Source of the DNA: Eledone cirrhosa
Lineage: Eukaryota
Assembly (NCBI GenBank): GCA_964016885.1
Contig: OZ024742.1
Location: 235,476,001-235,540,000, forward strand
DNA: 64,000 nt
Direction: 5' to 3'
Position 1 is the stretch's first letter; each line of letters starts with the position of its first letter. Positions 35,901-50,900 of this stretch are shown here, in pieces. Both the position numbers and the translations under genes were made by a program. The notes below the pieces were generated by a model. The model was not told the DNA's origin and did no database searches. It saw only the letters and a list, made by a program, of their open reading frames with translations.

Positions 35901-38900
35901 AACTATTGTAGTTGAAAGGTGACTGTAACAGAACTATTGTAGTGGAAAGGTGACTGTATCAGAACTATTGTGAGATGGAAGGTGACTGTATCAGAGCTAT
36001 TGTAGTAGAAAGGTGACTGTATCAGAGCTAACGTAGTTGAAAGGTGACTGTATCAGAGCTAACGTAGTTGAAAGGTGACTGTATCAGAACTATTGTACTA
36101 GAAAGGTGACTGTATCAGAACTATTGTAGCAGAAAGGTGACTGTAACAGAACTATTGTAGTTGAAAGGTGTCTGTAACAGAACTATTGTAGTGGAAAGAT
36201 GACTGTATCAGAACTATTGTAGTAGAAAGGTGACTGTATCAGAGCTAACGTAGTTGAAAGGTGACTGTATCAGAGCTATTGTAGTAGAAAGGTGACTGTA
36301 TCAGAGCTATTGTAGTAGAAAGGTGACTGTATCAAAGCTATTGTAGTAGAAAGGTGACTGTATCAGAGCTATTGTAGTTGAAAGGTGACTGTATCAGAGC
36401 TAACGTAGTTGAAAGGTGACTGTATCAGAGCTAACGTAGTTGAAAGGTGACTGTATCAGAGCTATTGTAGTTGAAAGGTGACTGTATCAGAGCTATTGTA
36501 GTAGAAAGGTGACTGTATCAGAGCTATTGTAGTAGAAAGGTGACTGTATAAGAACTAATGTAGTTGAAAGGTGACTGTATCAGAACTATTGTAGTTGAAA
36601 GGTGACTGTATCAGAACTATTGTAGTTGAAAGGTGACTGTATCAGAGCTATTGTAGTAGAAAGGTGACTGTATCAGAGCTATTGTAGTAGAAAGGTGACT
36701 GTATCAGAGCTATTGTAGTGGAAAGGTGACTGTATCAGAACTATTGTAGTTGAAAGGTGACTGTATCAGAGCTAACGTAGTTGAAAGGTGACAGTATCAG
36801 AGCTAACGTAGTTGAAAGGTGACTGTATCAGAACTATTGTACTAGAAAGGTGACTGAATCAGAACTATTGTAGCAGAAAGGTGACTGTAACAGAACTATT
36901 GTAGTTGAAAGGTGACTGTAACAGAACTATTGTAGTGGAAAGGTGACTGTATCAGAACTATTGTGAGATGGAAGGTGACTGTATCAGAGCTATTGTAGTA
37001 GAAAGGTGACTGTATCAGAGCTAACGTAGTTGAAAGGTGACTGTATCAGAGCTAACGTAGTTGAAAGGTGACTGTATCAGAACTATTGTACTAGAAAGGT
37101 GACTGTATCAGAACTATTGTAGCAGAAAGGTGACTGTAACAGAACTATTGTAGTTGAAAGGTGTCTGTAACAGAACTATTGTAGTGGAAAGGTGACTGTA
37201 TCAGAACTATTGTAGTTGAAAGGTGACTGCATCAGAACTATTGTAGTAGAAAGGTGACTGTATCAGAGCTAACGTAGTTGAAAGGTGACTGTATCAGAGC
37301 TATTGTAGTAGAAAGGTGACTGTATCAGAGCTAACGTAGTTGAAAGGTGACTGTATCAGAGCTAACATAGTTGAAAGGTGACTGTATCAGAACTATTGTA
37401 CTAGAAAGGTGACTGTATCAGAACTATTGTAGCAGAAAGGTGACAGTAACAGAACTATTGTAGTTGAAAGGTGACTGTATCAGAACTATTGTAGTAGAAA
37501 GGTGACTGTATCAGAGCTATTGTAGTTTAAAGGTGACTGTATCAGAACTATTGTAGTTGAAAGGTGACTGTAACAGAACTATTGTAGTTGAAAGGTGACT
37601 GTATCAGAAATATTGTAGTAGAAAGGTGACTGTATCAGAACTATTGTAGCAGAAAGGTGACTGTAACAGAACTATTGTAGTTGAAAGGTGACTTTATCAG
37701 AACTATTGTACTAGAAAGGTGACTGTATCAGAACTATTGTAGCAGAAAGGTGACTGTAACAGAACTATTGTAGTTGAAAGGTGACTGTTTCAGAACTATT
37801 GTAGTAGAAAGGTGACTGTATCAGAGCTATTGTAGTTGAAAGGTGACTGTATCAGAACTATTGTAGTTGAAAGGTGACTGTATCAGAACTATTGTAGTAG
37901 AAAGGTGACTGTATCAGAACTATTGTAGTTGAAAGGTGACTGTATCAGAACTATTGTAGTTGAAAGGTGACTGTATCAGAAGTATTGTAGTTGAAATGTG
38001 ACTGTATCCGAAGTATAGTAGTTGAAAGGTGACTGTATCAGAACTAATGTAATTGAAATGTGACTGTATCAGAACTATTGTAGTTGAAAGGTGACTGTAT
38101 CCGAAGTATAGTAGTTGAAAGGTGACTGTATCAGGACTAATGTAGTTGAAATGTGACTGTATCAGAACTATTGTAGTTGAAAGGTGACTGTATCATAACT
38201 ATTGTAGTTGAAAGGTGACTGTATCAGAACTATCGTAGTTGAAAGGTGACTGTATCAGAACTATTGTAGTAGAAAGGTGACTGTATCAGAACCATTGTAG
38301 TTGAAAGGTGACTGTATAAGAACTATTGTAGTTGAAAGGTGACTGTATCACAACTATTGTAGTAGAAAGGTGACTGTATCCGAAGTATAGTAGTGGAAAG
38401 GTTACTGTATCAGAACTAATGTAGTAGAAAGGTGACTGTATCAGAACTATTGTAGTTGAAAGGTGACTGTATCAGAACTAATGTAGTTGAAATGTGACTG
38501 TATCAGAATTATTGTAGTTGAAAGGTGACTGTATCAGAACTATTGTAGTTGAAAGGTGACTGTATCAGAACTATTGTAGTTGAAAGGTGACTGTATCAGA
38601 ACTATTGTAGTTGAAAGGTCACTGTATCAGAACTAATATAGTTGAAATGTGACTGTATCAGAACTATTGTAGTTCAAAGGTGACTGTATCAGAACTATTG
38701 TAGTAGAAAGGTGACTGTATCAGAACTATTGTAGTTGAAAGGTGACTGTATCAGAACTAATGTAGTTGAAAGGTGACTGTATCAGAACTATTGTGAGATG
38801 GAAGGTAACTGTAACAGAACTATAGTAGTAGAAAGGTGACTGTAACAGAGCTAACGTAGTTGAAAGGTGACTGTATCAGAACTAATGTAGTTGAAAGGTG

Positions 38901-41900
38901 ACTGTATCAGAACTATTGTAGTTAAAAGGTGACTGTATCAGAAGTATTGTAGTTGAAAGGTGACTGTATCAGAACTATTGTAGTAGAAAGGTGACTGTAT
39001 CAGAACTATTGTAGTTGAAAGGTGACTGTATCAGAACTAATGTAGTTGAAAGGTGACTGTATCTGAACTAATGCAGTGGAAAGGTGACTGTATCAGAACT
39101 AATGTAGTTGAAATGTGACTGTATCCGAAGTATGGGAGTGGAAAGGTGACTGTATCAGAACTAATGTAGTTGAAATGTGACTGTATCAGAACTATTGTAG
39201 TTGAAAGGTGACTGTATCAGAACTATTGTAGTTGAAAGGTGACTGTATCAGAACTATTGTAGTTGAAAGGTGACTGTATCAGAACTATTGTAGTTGAAAG
39301 GTGACTGTATCAGAACTAATGTAGTTGAAATGTGACTGTATCCGAAGTATAGTAGTGGAAAGGTGACTGTATCAGAACTAATGTAGTTGAAATGTGACTG
39401 TATCAGAACTATTGTAGTTGAAAGGTGACTGTATCCGAAGTATAGTAGTTGAAAGGTGACTGTATCAGAACTAATGTAGTTGAAATGTGACTGTATCAGA
39501 ACTATTGTAGTTGAAAGGTGACTGTATCAGAACTATTGTAGTTGAAAGGTGACTGTATCAGAACTATCGTAGTTGAAAGGAGACTGTATCAGAACTATTG
39601 TAGTAGAAAGGTGACTGTATCAGAGCTAACGTAGTTGAAAGGTGACTGTATCAGAGCTATTGTAGTAGAAAGGTGACTGTATCAGAGCTAACGTAGTTGA
39701 AAGGTGACTGTATCAGAGCTAACGTAGTTGAAAGGTGACTGTATCAGAACTATTGTACTAGAAAGGTGACTGTATCAGAACTATTGTAGCAGAAAGGTGA
39801 CAGTAACAGAACTATTGTAGTTGAAAGGTGACTGTATCAGAACTATTGTAGTAGAAAGGTGACTGTATCAGAGCTATTGTAGTTTAAAGGTGACTGTATC
39901 AGAACTATTGTAGTTGAAAGGTGACTGTAACAGAACTATTGTAGTTGAAAGGTGACTGTATCAGAAATATTGTAGTAGAAAGGTGACTGTATCAGAACTA
40001 TTGTAGCAGAAAGGTGACTGTAACAGAACTATTGTAGTTGAAAGGTGACTTTATCAGAACTATTGTACTAGAAAGGTGACTGTATCAGAACTATTGTAGC
40101 AGAAAGGTGACTGTAACAGAACTATTGTAGTTGAAAGGTGACTGTTTCAGAACTATTGTAGTAGAAAGGTGACTGTATCAGAGCTATTGTAGTTGAAAGG
40201 TGACTGTATCAGAACTATTGTAGTTGAAAGGTGACTGTATCAGAACTATTGTAGTAGAAAGGTGACTGTATCAGAACTATTGTAGTTGAAAGGTGACTGT
40301 ATCAGAACTATTGTAGTTGAAAGGTGACTGTATCAGAAGTATTGTAGTTGAAATGTGACTGTATCCGAAGTATAGTAGTTGAAAGGTGACTGTATCAGAA
40401 CTAATGTAATTGAAATGTGACTGTATCAGAACTATTGTAGTTGAAAGGTGACTGTATCCGAAGTATAGTAGTTGAAAGGTGACTGTATCAGGACTAATGT
40501 AGTTGAAATGTGACTGTATCAGAACTATTGTAGTTGAAAGGTGACTGTATCATAACTATTGTAGTTGAAAGGTGACTGTATCAGAACTATCGTAGTTGAA
40601 AGGTGACTGTATCAGAACTATTGTAGTAGAAAGGTGACTGTATCAGAACCATTGTAGTTGAAAGGTGACTGTATAAGAACTATTGTAGTTGAAAGGTGAC
40701 TGTATCACAACTATTGTAGTAGAAAGGTGACTGTATCCGAAGTATAGTAGTGGAAAGGTTACTGTATCAGAACTAATGTAGTAGAAAGGTGACTGTATCA
40801 GAACTATTGTAGTTGAAAGGTGACTGTATCAGAACTAATGTAGTTGAAATGTGACTGTATCAGAATTATTGTAGTTGAAAGGTGACTGTATCAGAACTAT
40901 TGTAGTTGAAAGGTGACTGTATCAGAACTATTGTAGTTGAAAGGTGACTGTATCAGAACTATTGTATTTGAAAGGTCACTGTATCAGAACTAATATAGTT
41001 GAAATGTGACTGTATCAGAACTATTGTAGTTCAAAGGTGACTGTATCAGAACTATTGTAGTAGAAAGGTGACTGTATCAGAACTATTGTAGTTGAAAGGT
41101 GACTGTATCAGAACTAATGTAGTTGAAAGGTGACTGTATCAGAACTATTGTGAGATGGAAGGTAACTGTAACAGAACTATAGTAGTAGAAAGGTGACTGT
41201 AACAGAGCTAACGTAGTTGAAAGGTGACTGTATCAGAACTAATGTAGTTGAAAGGTGACTGTATCAGAACTATTGTAGTTAAAAGGTGACTGTATCAGAA
41301 GTATTGTAGTTGAAAGGTGACTGTATCAGAACTATTGTAGTAGAAAGGTGACTGTATCAGAACTATTGTAGTTGAAAGGTGACTGTATCAGAACTAATGT
41401 AGTTGAAAGGTGACTGTATCTGAACTAATGCAGTGGAAAGGTGACTGTATCAGAACTAATGTAGTTGAAATGTGACTGTATCCGAAGTATGGGAGTGGAA
41501 AGGTGACTGTATCAGAACTAATGTAGTTGAAATGTGACTGTATCAGAACTATTGTAGTTGAAAGGTGACTGTATCAGAACTATTGTAGTTGAAAGGTGAC
41601 TGTATCAGAACTATTGTAGTTGAAAGGTGACTGTATCAGAACTAATGTAGTTGAAATGTGACTGTATCCGAAGTATAGTAGTGGAAAGGTGACTGTATCA
41701 GAACTAATGCAGTTGAAATGTGACTGTATCAGAACTATTGTAGTTGAAAGGTGACTGTATCCGAAGTATAGTAGTTGAAAGGTGACTGTATCAGAACTAA
41801 TGTAGTTGAAATGTGACTGTATCAGAACTATTGTAGTTGAAAGGTGACTGTATCATAACTATTGTAGTTGAAAGGTGACTGTATCAGAACTATCGTAGTT

Positions 41901-44900
41901 GAAAGGAGACTGTATCAGAACTATTGTAGTAGAAAGGTGACTGTATCAGAACCATTGTAGTTGAAAGGTGACTGTATAAGAACTATTGTAGTTGAAAGGT
42001 GACTGTATCACAACTATTGTAGTAGAAAGGTGAATGTATCCGAAGTATAGTAGTGGAAAGGTGACTGTATCAGAACTAATGTAGTAGAAAGTTGACTGTA
42101 TCAGAACTATTGTAGTTGAAAGGTGACTGTATCAGAACTAATGTAGTTGAAATGTGACTGTATCAGAACTATTGTAGTTGAAAGGTGACTGTATCAGAAC
42201 TATTGTAGTTGAAAGGTGACTGTATCAGAACTATTGTAGTTGAAAGGTGACTGTATCAGAACTATTGTAGTTGAAAGGTCACTGTATCAGAACTAATATA
42301 GTTGAAATGTGACTGTATCAGAACTATTGTAGTTCAAAGGTGACTGTATCAGAACTATTGTAGTAGAAAGGTGACTGTATCAGAACTATTGTAGTTGAAA
42401 GGTGACTGTATCAGAACTAATGTAGTTGAAAGGTGACTGTATCAGAACTATTGTGAGATGGAAGGTAACTGTAACAGAACTATAGTAGTAGAAAGGTGAC
42501 TGTAACAGAGCTAACGTAGTTTAAAGGTGACTGTATCAGAACTAATGTAGTTGAAAGGTGACTGTATCAGAACTATTGTAGTTAAAAGTAGACTGTATCA
42601 GAAGTATTGTAGTTGAAAGGTGACTGTATCAGAACTATTGTAGTAGAAAGGTGACTGTATCAGAACTAATGTAGTTGAAAGGTGACTGTATCAGAACTAT
42701 TGTAGTTGAAAGGTGACTGTATCATAACTATTGTAGTTGAAAGGTGACTGTATCAGAACTATCGTAGTTGAAAGGTGACTGTATCAGAACTATTGTAGTA
42801 GAAAGGTGACTGTATCAGAACCATTGTAGTTGAAAGGTGACTGTATAAGAACTATTGTAGTTGAAAGGTGACTGTATCACAACTATTGTAGTAGAAAGGT
42901 GACTGTATCCGAAGTATAGTAGTGGAAAGGTTACTGTATCAGAACTAATGTAGTAGAAAGGTGACTGTATCAGAACTATTGTAGTTGAAAGGTGACTGTA
43001 TCAGAACTAATGTAGTTGAAATGTGACTGTATCAGAATTATTGTAGTTGAAAGGTGACTGTATCAGAACTATTGTAGTTGAAAGGTGACTGTATCAGAAC
43101 TATTGTAGTTGAAAGGTGACTGTATCAGAACTATTGTAGTTGAAAGGTCACTGTATCAGAACTAATATAGTTGAAATGTGACTGTATCAGAACTATTGTA
43201 GTTCAAAGGTGACTGTATCAGAACTATTGTAGTAGAAAGGTGACTGTATCAGAACTATTGTAGTTGAAAGGTGACTGTATCAGAACTAATGTAGTTGAAA
43301 GGTGACTGTATCAGAACTATTGTGAGATGGAAGGTAACTGTAACAGAACTATAGTAGTAGAAAGGTGACTGTAACAGAGCTAACGTAGTTGAAAGGTGAC
43401 TGTATCAGAACTAATGTAGTTGAAAGGTGACTGTATCAGAACTATTGTAGTTAAAAGGTGACTGTATCAGAAGTATTGTAGTTGAAAGGTGACTATATCA
43501 GAACTATTGTAGTAGAAAGGTGACTGTATCAGAACTATTGTAGTTGAAAGGTGACTGTATCAGAACTAATGTAGTTGAAAGGTGACTGTATCTGAACTAA
43601 TGCAGTGGAAAGGTGACTGTATCAGAACTAATGTAGTTGAAATGTGACTGTATCCGAAGTATGGGAGTGGAAAGGTGACTGTATCAGAACTAATGTAGTT
43701 GAAATGTGACTGTATCAGAACTATTGTAGTTGAAAGGTGACTGTATCAGAACTATTGTAGTTGAAAGGTGACTGTATCAGAACTATTGTAGTTGAAAGGT
43801 GACTGTATCAGAACTATTGTAGTTGAAAGGTGACTGTATCAGAACTAATGTAGTTGAAATGTGACTGTATCCGAAGTATAGTAGTGGAAAGGTGACTGTA
43901 TCAGAACTAATGTAGTTGAAATGTGACTGTATCAGAACTATTGTAGTTGAAAGGTGACTGTATCCGAAGTATAGTAGTTGAAAGGTGACTGTATCAGAAC
44001 TAATGTAGTTGAAATGTGACTGTATCAGAACTATTGTAGTTGAAAGGTGACTGTATCAGAACTATTGTAGTTGAAAGGTGACTGTATCAGAACTATCGTA
44101 GTTGAAAGGAGACTGTATCAGAACTATTGTAGTAGAAAGGTGACTGTATCAGAGCTAACGTAGTTGAAAGGTGACTGTATCAGAGCTATTGTAGTAGAAA
44201 GGTGACTGTATCAGAGCTAACGTAGTTGAAAGGTGACTGTATCAGAGCTAACGTAGTTGAAAGGTGACTGTATCAGAACTATTGTACTAGAAAGGTGACT
44301 GTATCAGAACTATTGTAGCAGAAAGGTGACAGTAACAGAACTATTGTAGTTGAAAGGTGACTGTATCAGAACTATTGTAGTAGAAAGGTGACTGTATCAG
44401 AGCTATTGTAGTTTAAAGGTGACTGTATCAGAACTATTGTAGTTGAAAGGTGACTGTAACAGAACTATTGTAGTTGAAAGGTGACTGTATCAGAAATATT
44501 GTAGTAGAAAGGTGACTGTATCAGAACTATTGTAGCAGAAAGGTGACTGTAACAGAACTATTGTAGTTGAAAGGTGACTTTATCAGAACTATTGTACTAG
44601 AAAGGTGACTGTATCAGAACTATTGTAGCAGAAAGGTGACTGTAACAGAACTATTGTAGTTGAAAGGTGACTGTTTCAGAACTATTGTAGTAGAAAGGTG
44701 ACTGTATCAGAGCTATTGTAGTTGAAAGGTGACTGTATCAGAACTATTGTAGTTGAAAGGTGACTGTATCAGAACTATTGTAGTTGAAAGGTGACTGTAT
44801 CAGAAGTATTGTAGTTGAAATGTGACTGTATCCGAAGTATAGTAGTTGAAAGGTGACTGTATCAGAACTAATGTAATTGAAATGTGACTGTATCAGAACT

Positions 44901-47900
44901 ATTGTAGTTGAAAGGTGACTGTATCCGAAGTATAGTAGTTGAAAGGTGACTGTATCAGGACTAATGTAGTTGAAATGTGACTGTATCAGAACTATTGTAG
45001 TTGAAAGGTGACTGTATCATAACTATTGTAGTTGAAAGGTGACTGTATCAGAACTATCGTAGTTGAAAGGTGACTGTATCAGAACTATTGTAGTAGAAAG
45101 GTGACTGTATCAGAACCATTGTAGTTGAAAGGTGACTGTATAAGAACTATTGTAGTTGAAAGGTGACTGTATCACAACTATTGTAGTAGAAAGGTGACTG
45201 TATCCGAAGTATAGTAGTGGAAAGGTTACTGTATCAGAACTAATGTAGTAGAAAGGTGACTGTATCAGAACTATTGTAGTTGAAAGGTGACTGTATCAGA
45301 ACTAATGTAGTTGAAATGTGACTGTATCAGAATTATTGTAGTTGAAAGGTGACTGTATCAGAACTATTGTAGTTGAAAGGTGACTGTATCAGAACTATTG
45401 TAGTTGAAAGGTGACTGTATCAGAACTATTGTAGTTGAAAGGTCACTGTATCAGAACTAATATAGTTGAAATGTGACTGTATCAGAACTATTGTAGTTCA
45501 AAGGTGACTGTATCAGAACTATTGTAGTAGAAAGGTGACTGTATCAGAACTATTGTAGTTGAAAGGTGACTGTATCAGAACTAATGTAGTTGAAAGGTGA
45601 CTGTATCAGAACTATTGTGAGATGGAAGGTAACTGTAACAGAACTATAGTAGTAGAAAGGTGACTGTAACAGAGCTAACGTAGTTGAAAGGTGACTGTAT
45701 CAGAACTAATGTAGTTGAAAGGTGACTGTATCAGAACTATTGTAGTTAAAAGGTGACTGTATCAGAAGTATTGTAGTTGAAAGGTGACTGTATCAGAACT
45801 ATTGTAGTAGAAAGGTGACTGTATCAGAACTATTGTAGTTGAAAGGTGACTGTATCAGAACTAATGTAGTTGAAAGGTGACTGTATCTGAACTAATGCAG
45901 TGGAAAGGTGACTGTATCAGAACTAATGTAGTTGAAATGTGACTGTATCCGAAGTATGGGAGTGGAAAGGTGACTGTATCAGAACTAATGTAGTTGAAAT
46001 GTGACTGTATCAGAACTATTGTAGTTGAAAGGTGACTGTATCAGAACTATTGTAGTTGAAAGGTGACTGTATCAGAACTATTGTAGTTGAAAGGTGACTG
46101 TATCAGAACTATTGTAGTTGAAAGGTGACTGTATCAGAACTAATGTAGTTGAAATGTGACTGTATCCGAAGTATAGTAGTGGAAAGGTGACTGTATCAGA
46201 ACTAATGTAGTTGAAATGTGACTGTATCAGAACTATTGTAGTTGAAAGGTGACTGTATCCGAAGTATAGTAGTTGAAAGGTGACTGTATCAGAACTAATG
46301 TAGTTGAAATGTGACTGTATCAGAACTATTGTAGTTGAAAGGTGACTGTATCATAACTATTGTAGTTGAAAGGTGACTGTATCAGAACTATCGTAGTTGA
46401 AAGGAGACTGTATCAGAACTATTGTAGTAGAAAGGTGACTGTATCAGAACCATTGTAGTTGAAAGGTGACTGTATAAGAAATATTGTAGTTGAAAGGTGA
46501 CTGTATCACAACTATTGTAGTAGAAAGGTGACTGTATCCGAAGTATAGTAGTGGAAAGGTGACTGTATCAGAACTAATGTAGTAGAAAGGTGACTGTATC
46601 AGAACTATTGTAGTTGAAAGGTGACTGTATCAGAACTATTGTAGTTGAAAGGTGACTGTATCAGAACTATTGTAGTTGAAAGGTGACTGTATCAGAACTA
46701 TTGTAGTTGAAAGGTGACTGTATCAGAACTATTGTAGTTGAAAGGTCACTGTATCAGAACTAATATAGTTGAAATGTGACTGTATCAGAACTATTGTAGT
46801 TCAAAGGTGACTGTATCAGAACTATTGTAGTAGAAAGGTGACTGTATCAGAACTATTGTAGTTGAAAGGTGACTGTATCAGAACTAATGTAGTTGAAAGG
46901 TGACTGTATCAGAACTATTGTGAGATGGAAGGTAACTGTAACAGAACTATAGTAGTAGAAAGGTGACTGTAACAGAGCTAACGTAGTTTAAAGGTGACTG
47001 TATCAGAACTAATGTAGTTGAAAGGTGACTGTATCAGAACTATTGTAGTTAAAAGGTGACTGTATCAGAAGTATTGTAGTTGAAAGGTGACTGTATCAGA
47101 ACTATTGTAGTAGAAAGGTGACTGTATCAGAACTAATGTAGTTGAAAGGTGACTGTATCTGAACTAATGTAGTGGAAAGGTGACTGTATCAGAACTAATG
47201 TAGTTGAAATGTGACTGTATCCGAAGTATAGTAGTGGAAAGGTGACTGTATCAGAACTAATGTAGTTGAAATGTGACTGTATCAGAACTATTGTAGTTGA
47301 AAGGTGACTGTATCTGAACTATTGTAGTTGAAAGGTGACTGTATCAGAACTATTGTAGTTGAAAGGTGACTGTATCAGAACTATTGTAGTTGAAAGGTGA
47401 CTGTATCAGAACTAATGTAGTTGAAATGTGACTGTATCCGAAGTATAGTAGTGGAAAGGTGACTGTATCAGAACTAATGTAGTTGAAATGTGACTGTATC
47501 AGAACTATTGTAGTTGAAAGGTGACTGTATCATAACTATTGTAGTTGAAACGTGACTGTATCAGAACTATTGTAGTTGAAAGATGACTGTATCAGAACTA
47601 TTGTAGTTGAAAGGTGACTGTATCAGAACTATTGTAGTAGAAAAGTGACTGTATCAGAACTATTGTAGTTGAAAGGTGACTGTATCAGAACTATTGTAGT
47701 TGAAAGGTGACTGTATCAGAAGTATTGTAGTTGAAATGTGAATGTATCCGAAGTATAGTAGTTGAAAGGTGACTGTATCAGAACTAATGTAATTGAAATG
47801 TGACTGTATCAGAACTATTGTAGTTGAAAGGTGACTGTATGCGAAGTATAGTAGTTGAAAGGTGACTGTATCAGAACTAATGTAGTTGAAATGTGACTGT

Positions 47901-50900
47901 ATCAGAACTATTGTAGTTGAAAGGTGACTGTATCATAACTATTGTAGTTGAAAGGTGACTGTATCAGAACTAATGTAGTTGAAATGTGACTGTATCAGAA
48001 CTAATGTAGTTCAAAGGTGACTGTATCAGAACTATTGTAGTTGAAAGGTGACTGCATCAGAACTATTGTAGTTGAAAGGTGACTGTATCAGAACTATTGT
48101 AGTAGAAAGGTGACTGTATCAGAACTAATGTAGTTGAAAGATGACTGTATAAGAACTATTGTAGTGGAAAGGTGACTGTATCAGAACTAATGTAATTGAA
48201 ATGTTACTGTATCAGAACTATTGTAGTTGAAAGGTGACTGTATCCGAAGTATAGTAGTTGAAAGGTGACTGTATCAGAACTAATGTAGTTGAAATGTGAC
48301 TGTATCAGAACTATTGTAGTTGAAAGGTGACTGTATCAGAACTAATCTAGTTGAAAGGTGACTGTATCAGAACTATTGTAGTAGAAAGGTGACTGTATCA
48401 GTACTATTGTAGTTGAAAGGTGACTGTATCAGAACTATTGTAGTAGAAAGGTGACTGTATCAGAACTATTGTAGTTGAAAGGTGACTGTATCAGAAATAT
48501 TGTAGTTAAAAGGTCACTGTATCAAAAGTATTGTAGTTGAAAGGTGACTGTATCAGAAATATTGTGAGATAGAAGGTGACTGTATCAGAACTATTGTAGT
48601 TGAAAGGTGACTGTATCAGAACTATTGTAGTTGAAAGGTGACTGTATCAGAACTATTGTAGTTGAAAGGTGACTGTATCAGAACTAATGTAGTTGAAATG
48701 TGACTGTATCCGAAGTATAGTAGTGGAAAGGTGACTGTATCAGAACTATTGTAGTTGAAAGGTGACTGTATCAGAACTATTGTAGTTGAAAGGTGACTGT
48801 ATCAGAACTATTGTAGTAGAAAGGTGACTGTATCAAAACTATTGTAGTTGAAAGGTGACTGTATCAGAACTAATGTAGTTGAAAGGTGACTGTATCAGAA
48901 CTATTGTGAGATGGAAGGTGACTGTATCAGAACTATTGTAGTTGAAAGGTGACTGTATCAGAACTATTGTAGTAGAAATGTGACTGTATAAGAACTATTG
49001 TAGTTGAAAGGTGACTGTATAAGAACTATTGTAGTTGAAAGGTGACTGTATCAGAACTATTGTAGTAGAAAGGTGACTGTATCCGAAGTATAGTAGTTGA
49101 AAGGTGACTGTATCAGAACTAATGTAGTTGAAAGGTGACTGTATCAGAACTATCGTAGTTGAAAGGTGACTGTATCAGAACTATTGTAGTTGAAATGTGA
49201 CTGTATCAGAAATAATGTAGTTGAAATGTGACCGTATCAGAACTATTGTAGTAGAAAGGTGACTGTATCCGAAGTATAGTAGTTGAAAGGTGACTGTATC
49301 AGAACTATTGTAGTTGAAAGGTGAGTGTATCAGAACTGTTGTATTTGAAAGGTGACTGTATCAGAACTATTGTAGTTGAAAGGTGACTGTATCAGAAGTA
49401 TTGTAGTTGAAATGTGACTGTATCAGAACTAATGTAATTGAAAGGTGACTGTATCAGAACTATTGTAGTTGAAATGAGACTGTATCCGAAGTATAGTAGT
49501 TGAAAGGAGACTGTATCAGAACTAATGTAGTTGAAATGTGACTGTATCAGAACTATTGTAGTTCAAAGGTGACTGTATCAGAACTATTGTAGTTGAAAGG
49601 TGACAGTATCAGAACTATTGTAGTGGAAAGGTGACTGTACCAGAAGTATTGTAGTTGAAATGTGACTGTATCCGAAGTACAGTAGTTGCAAGGTGACTGT
49701 ATCAGAACTAATGTAGTTGAAATGTGACTGTATCAGAACTATTGTAGTTGAAAGGTGACTGTATCCTAAGTATAGTAGTTGAAAGGTGACTGTATCAGAA
49801 CTAATGTAGTTGAAATGTGACTGTATCAGAACTATTGTAGTTGAAAGGTGACTGTATCAGAACTACTGTAGTTGAAAAGTGACTGTATCAGAACTATTGT
49901 AGTTGAAAGGTGACTGTATCAGAACTATTGTACTAGAAAGGTGACTGTATCAGAACTAATGTAGTTGAAAGATGACTGTATAAGAACTATTGTAGTTGAA
50001 AGGTGACTGTATCCGAAGTATAGTAGTTGAAAGGTGACTGTATCCGAAGTATAGTAGTTGAAAGGTGACTGTATCAGAACTAATGTACTAGAAAGGTGAC
50101 TGTATCAGAACTAATGTAGTTGAAAGGTGACTGTATCAGAACTATTGTAGTTGAAAGGTGACTGTATCAGAACTATTGTAGTTGAAAGGTGACTGTATCA
50201 GAACTATTGTAGTGGAAAGTGACTGTATCAGAACTAATGTAGTTGAAAAGTGACTGTATCAGAACTATTGTAGTTGAAATGTGACTGTATCCGAAATATA
50301 GTAGTGGAAAGGTGACTGTATCAGAACTATTGTAGTTGAAAGGTGACTGTATCAGAACTATTGTAGTTGAAAGGTGACTGTATCAGAACTATTGTAGTTC
50401 AAAGATGACTGTATCAGAACTATTGTAGTTAAAAGGTGACTGTATCAGAACAAATGTAGTTGAAAGGTGACTGTATCAGAAATATTGTAGTTGAAAGGTG
50501 ACTGTATCAGAACTAATGTAGTTGAAAGGTGACTGTATCAGAACCATTGTAGTTGAAAGGTGACTGTATCAGAACTAATGTAGTTGAAAGGAGACTGTAT
50601 CAGAACTATTGTTGTTGAAAGGTGACTGTATCAGAACTATTGTAGTTGAAAGGTGACTGTATCACAACTATTGCAGTTGAAAGGTGACTGTATCAGAACT
50701 ATTGTAGTAGAAAGGTGACTGTATAAGAACTATTGTAGTTGAAAGGTGACTGTATCAGAACTAATCTAGTTGAAAGGTGACTGTATCAGAACTATTGTAG
50801 TAGAAAGGTGACTGTATCAGTACTATTGTAGTTGAAAGGTGACTGTATCAGAACTATTGTAGTAGAAAGGTGACTGTATCAGAACTATTGTAGTTGAAAG

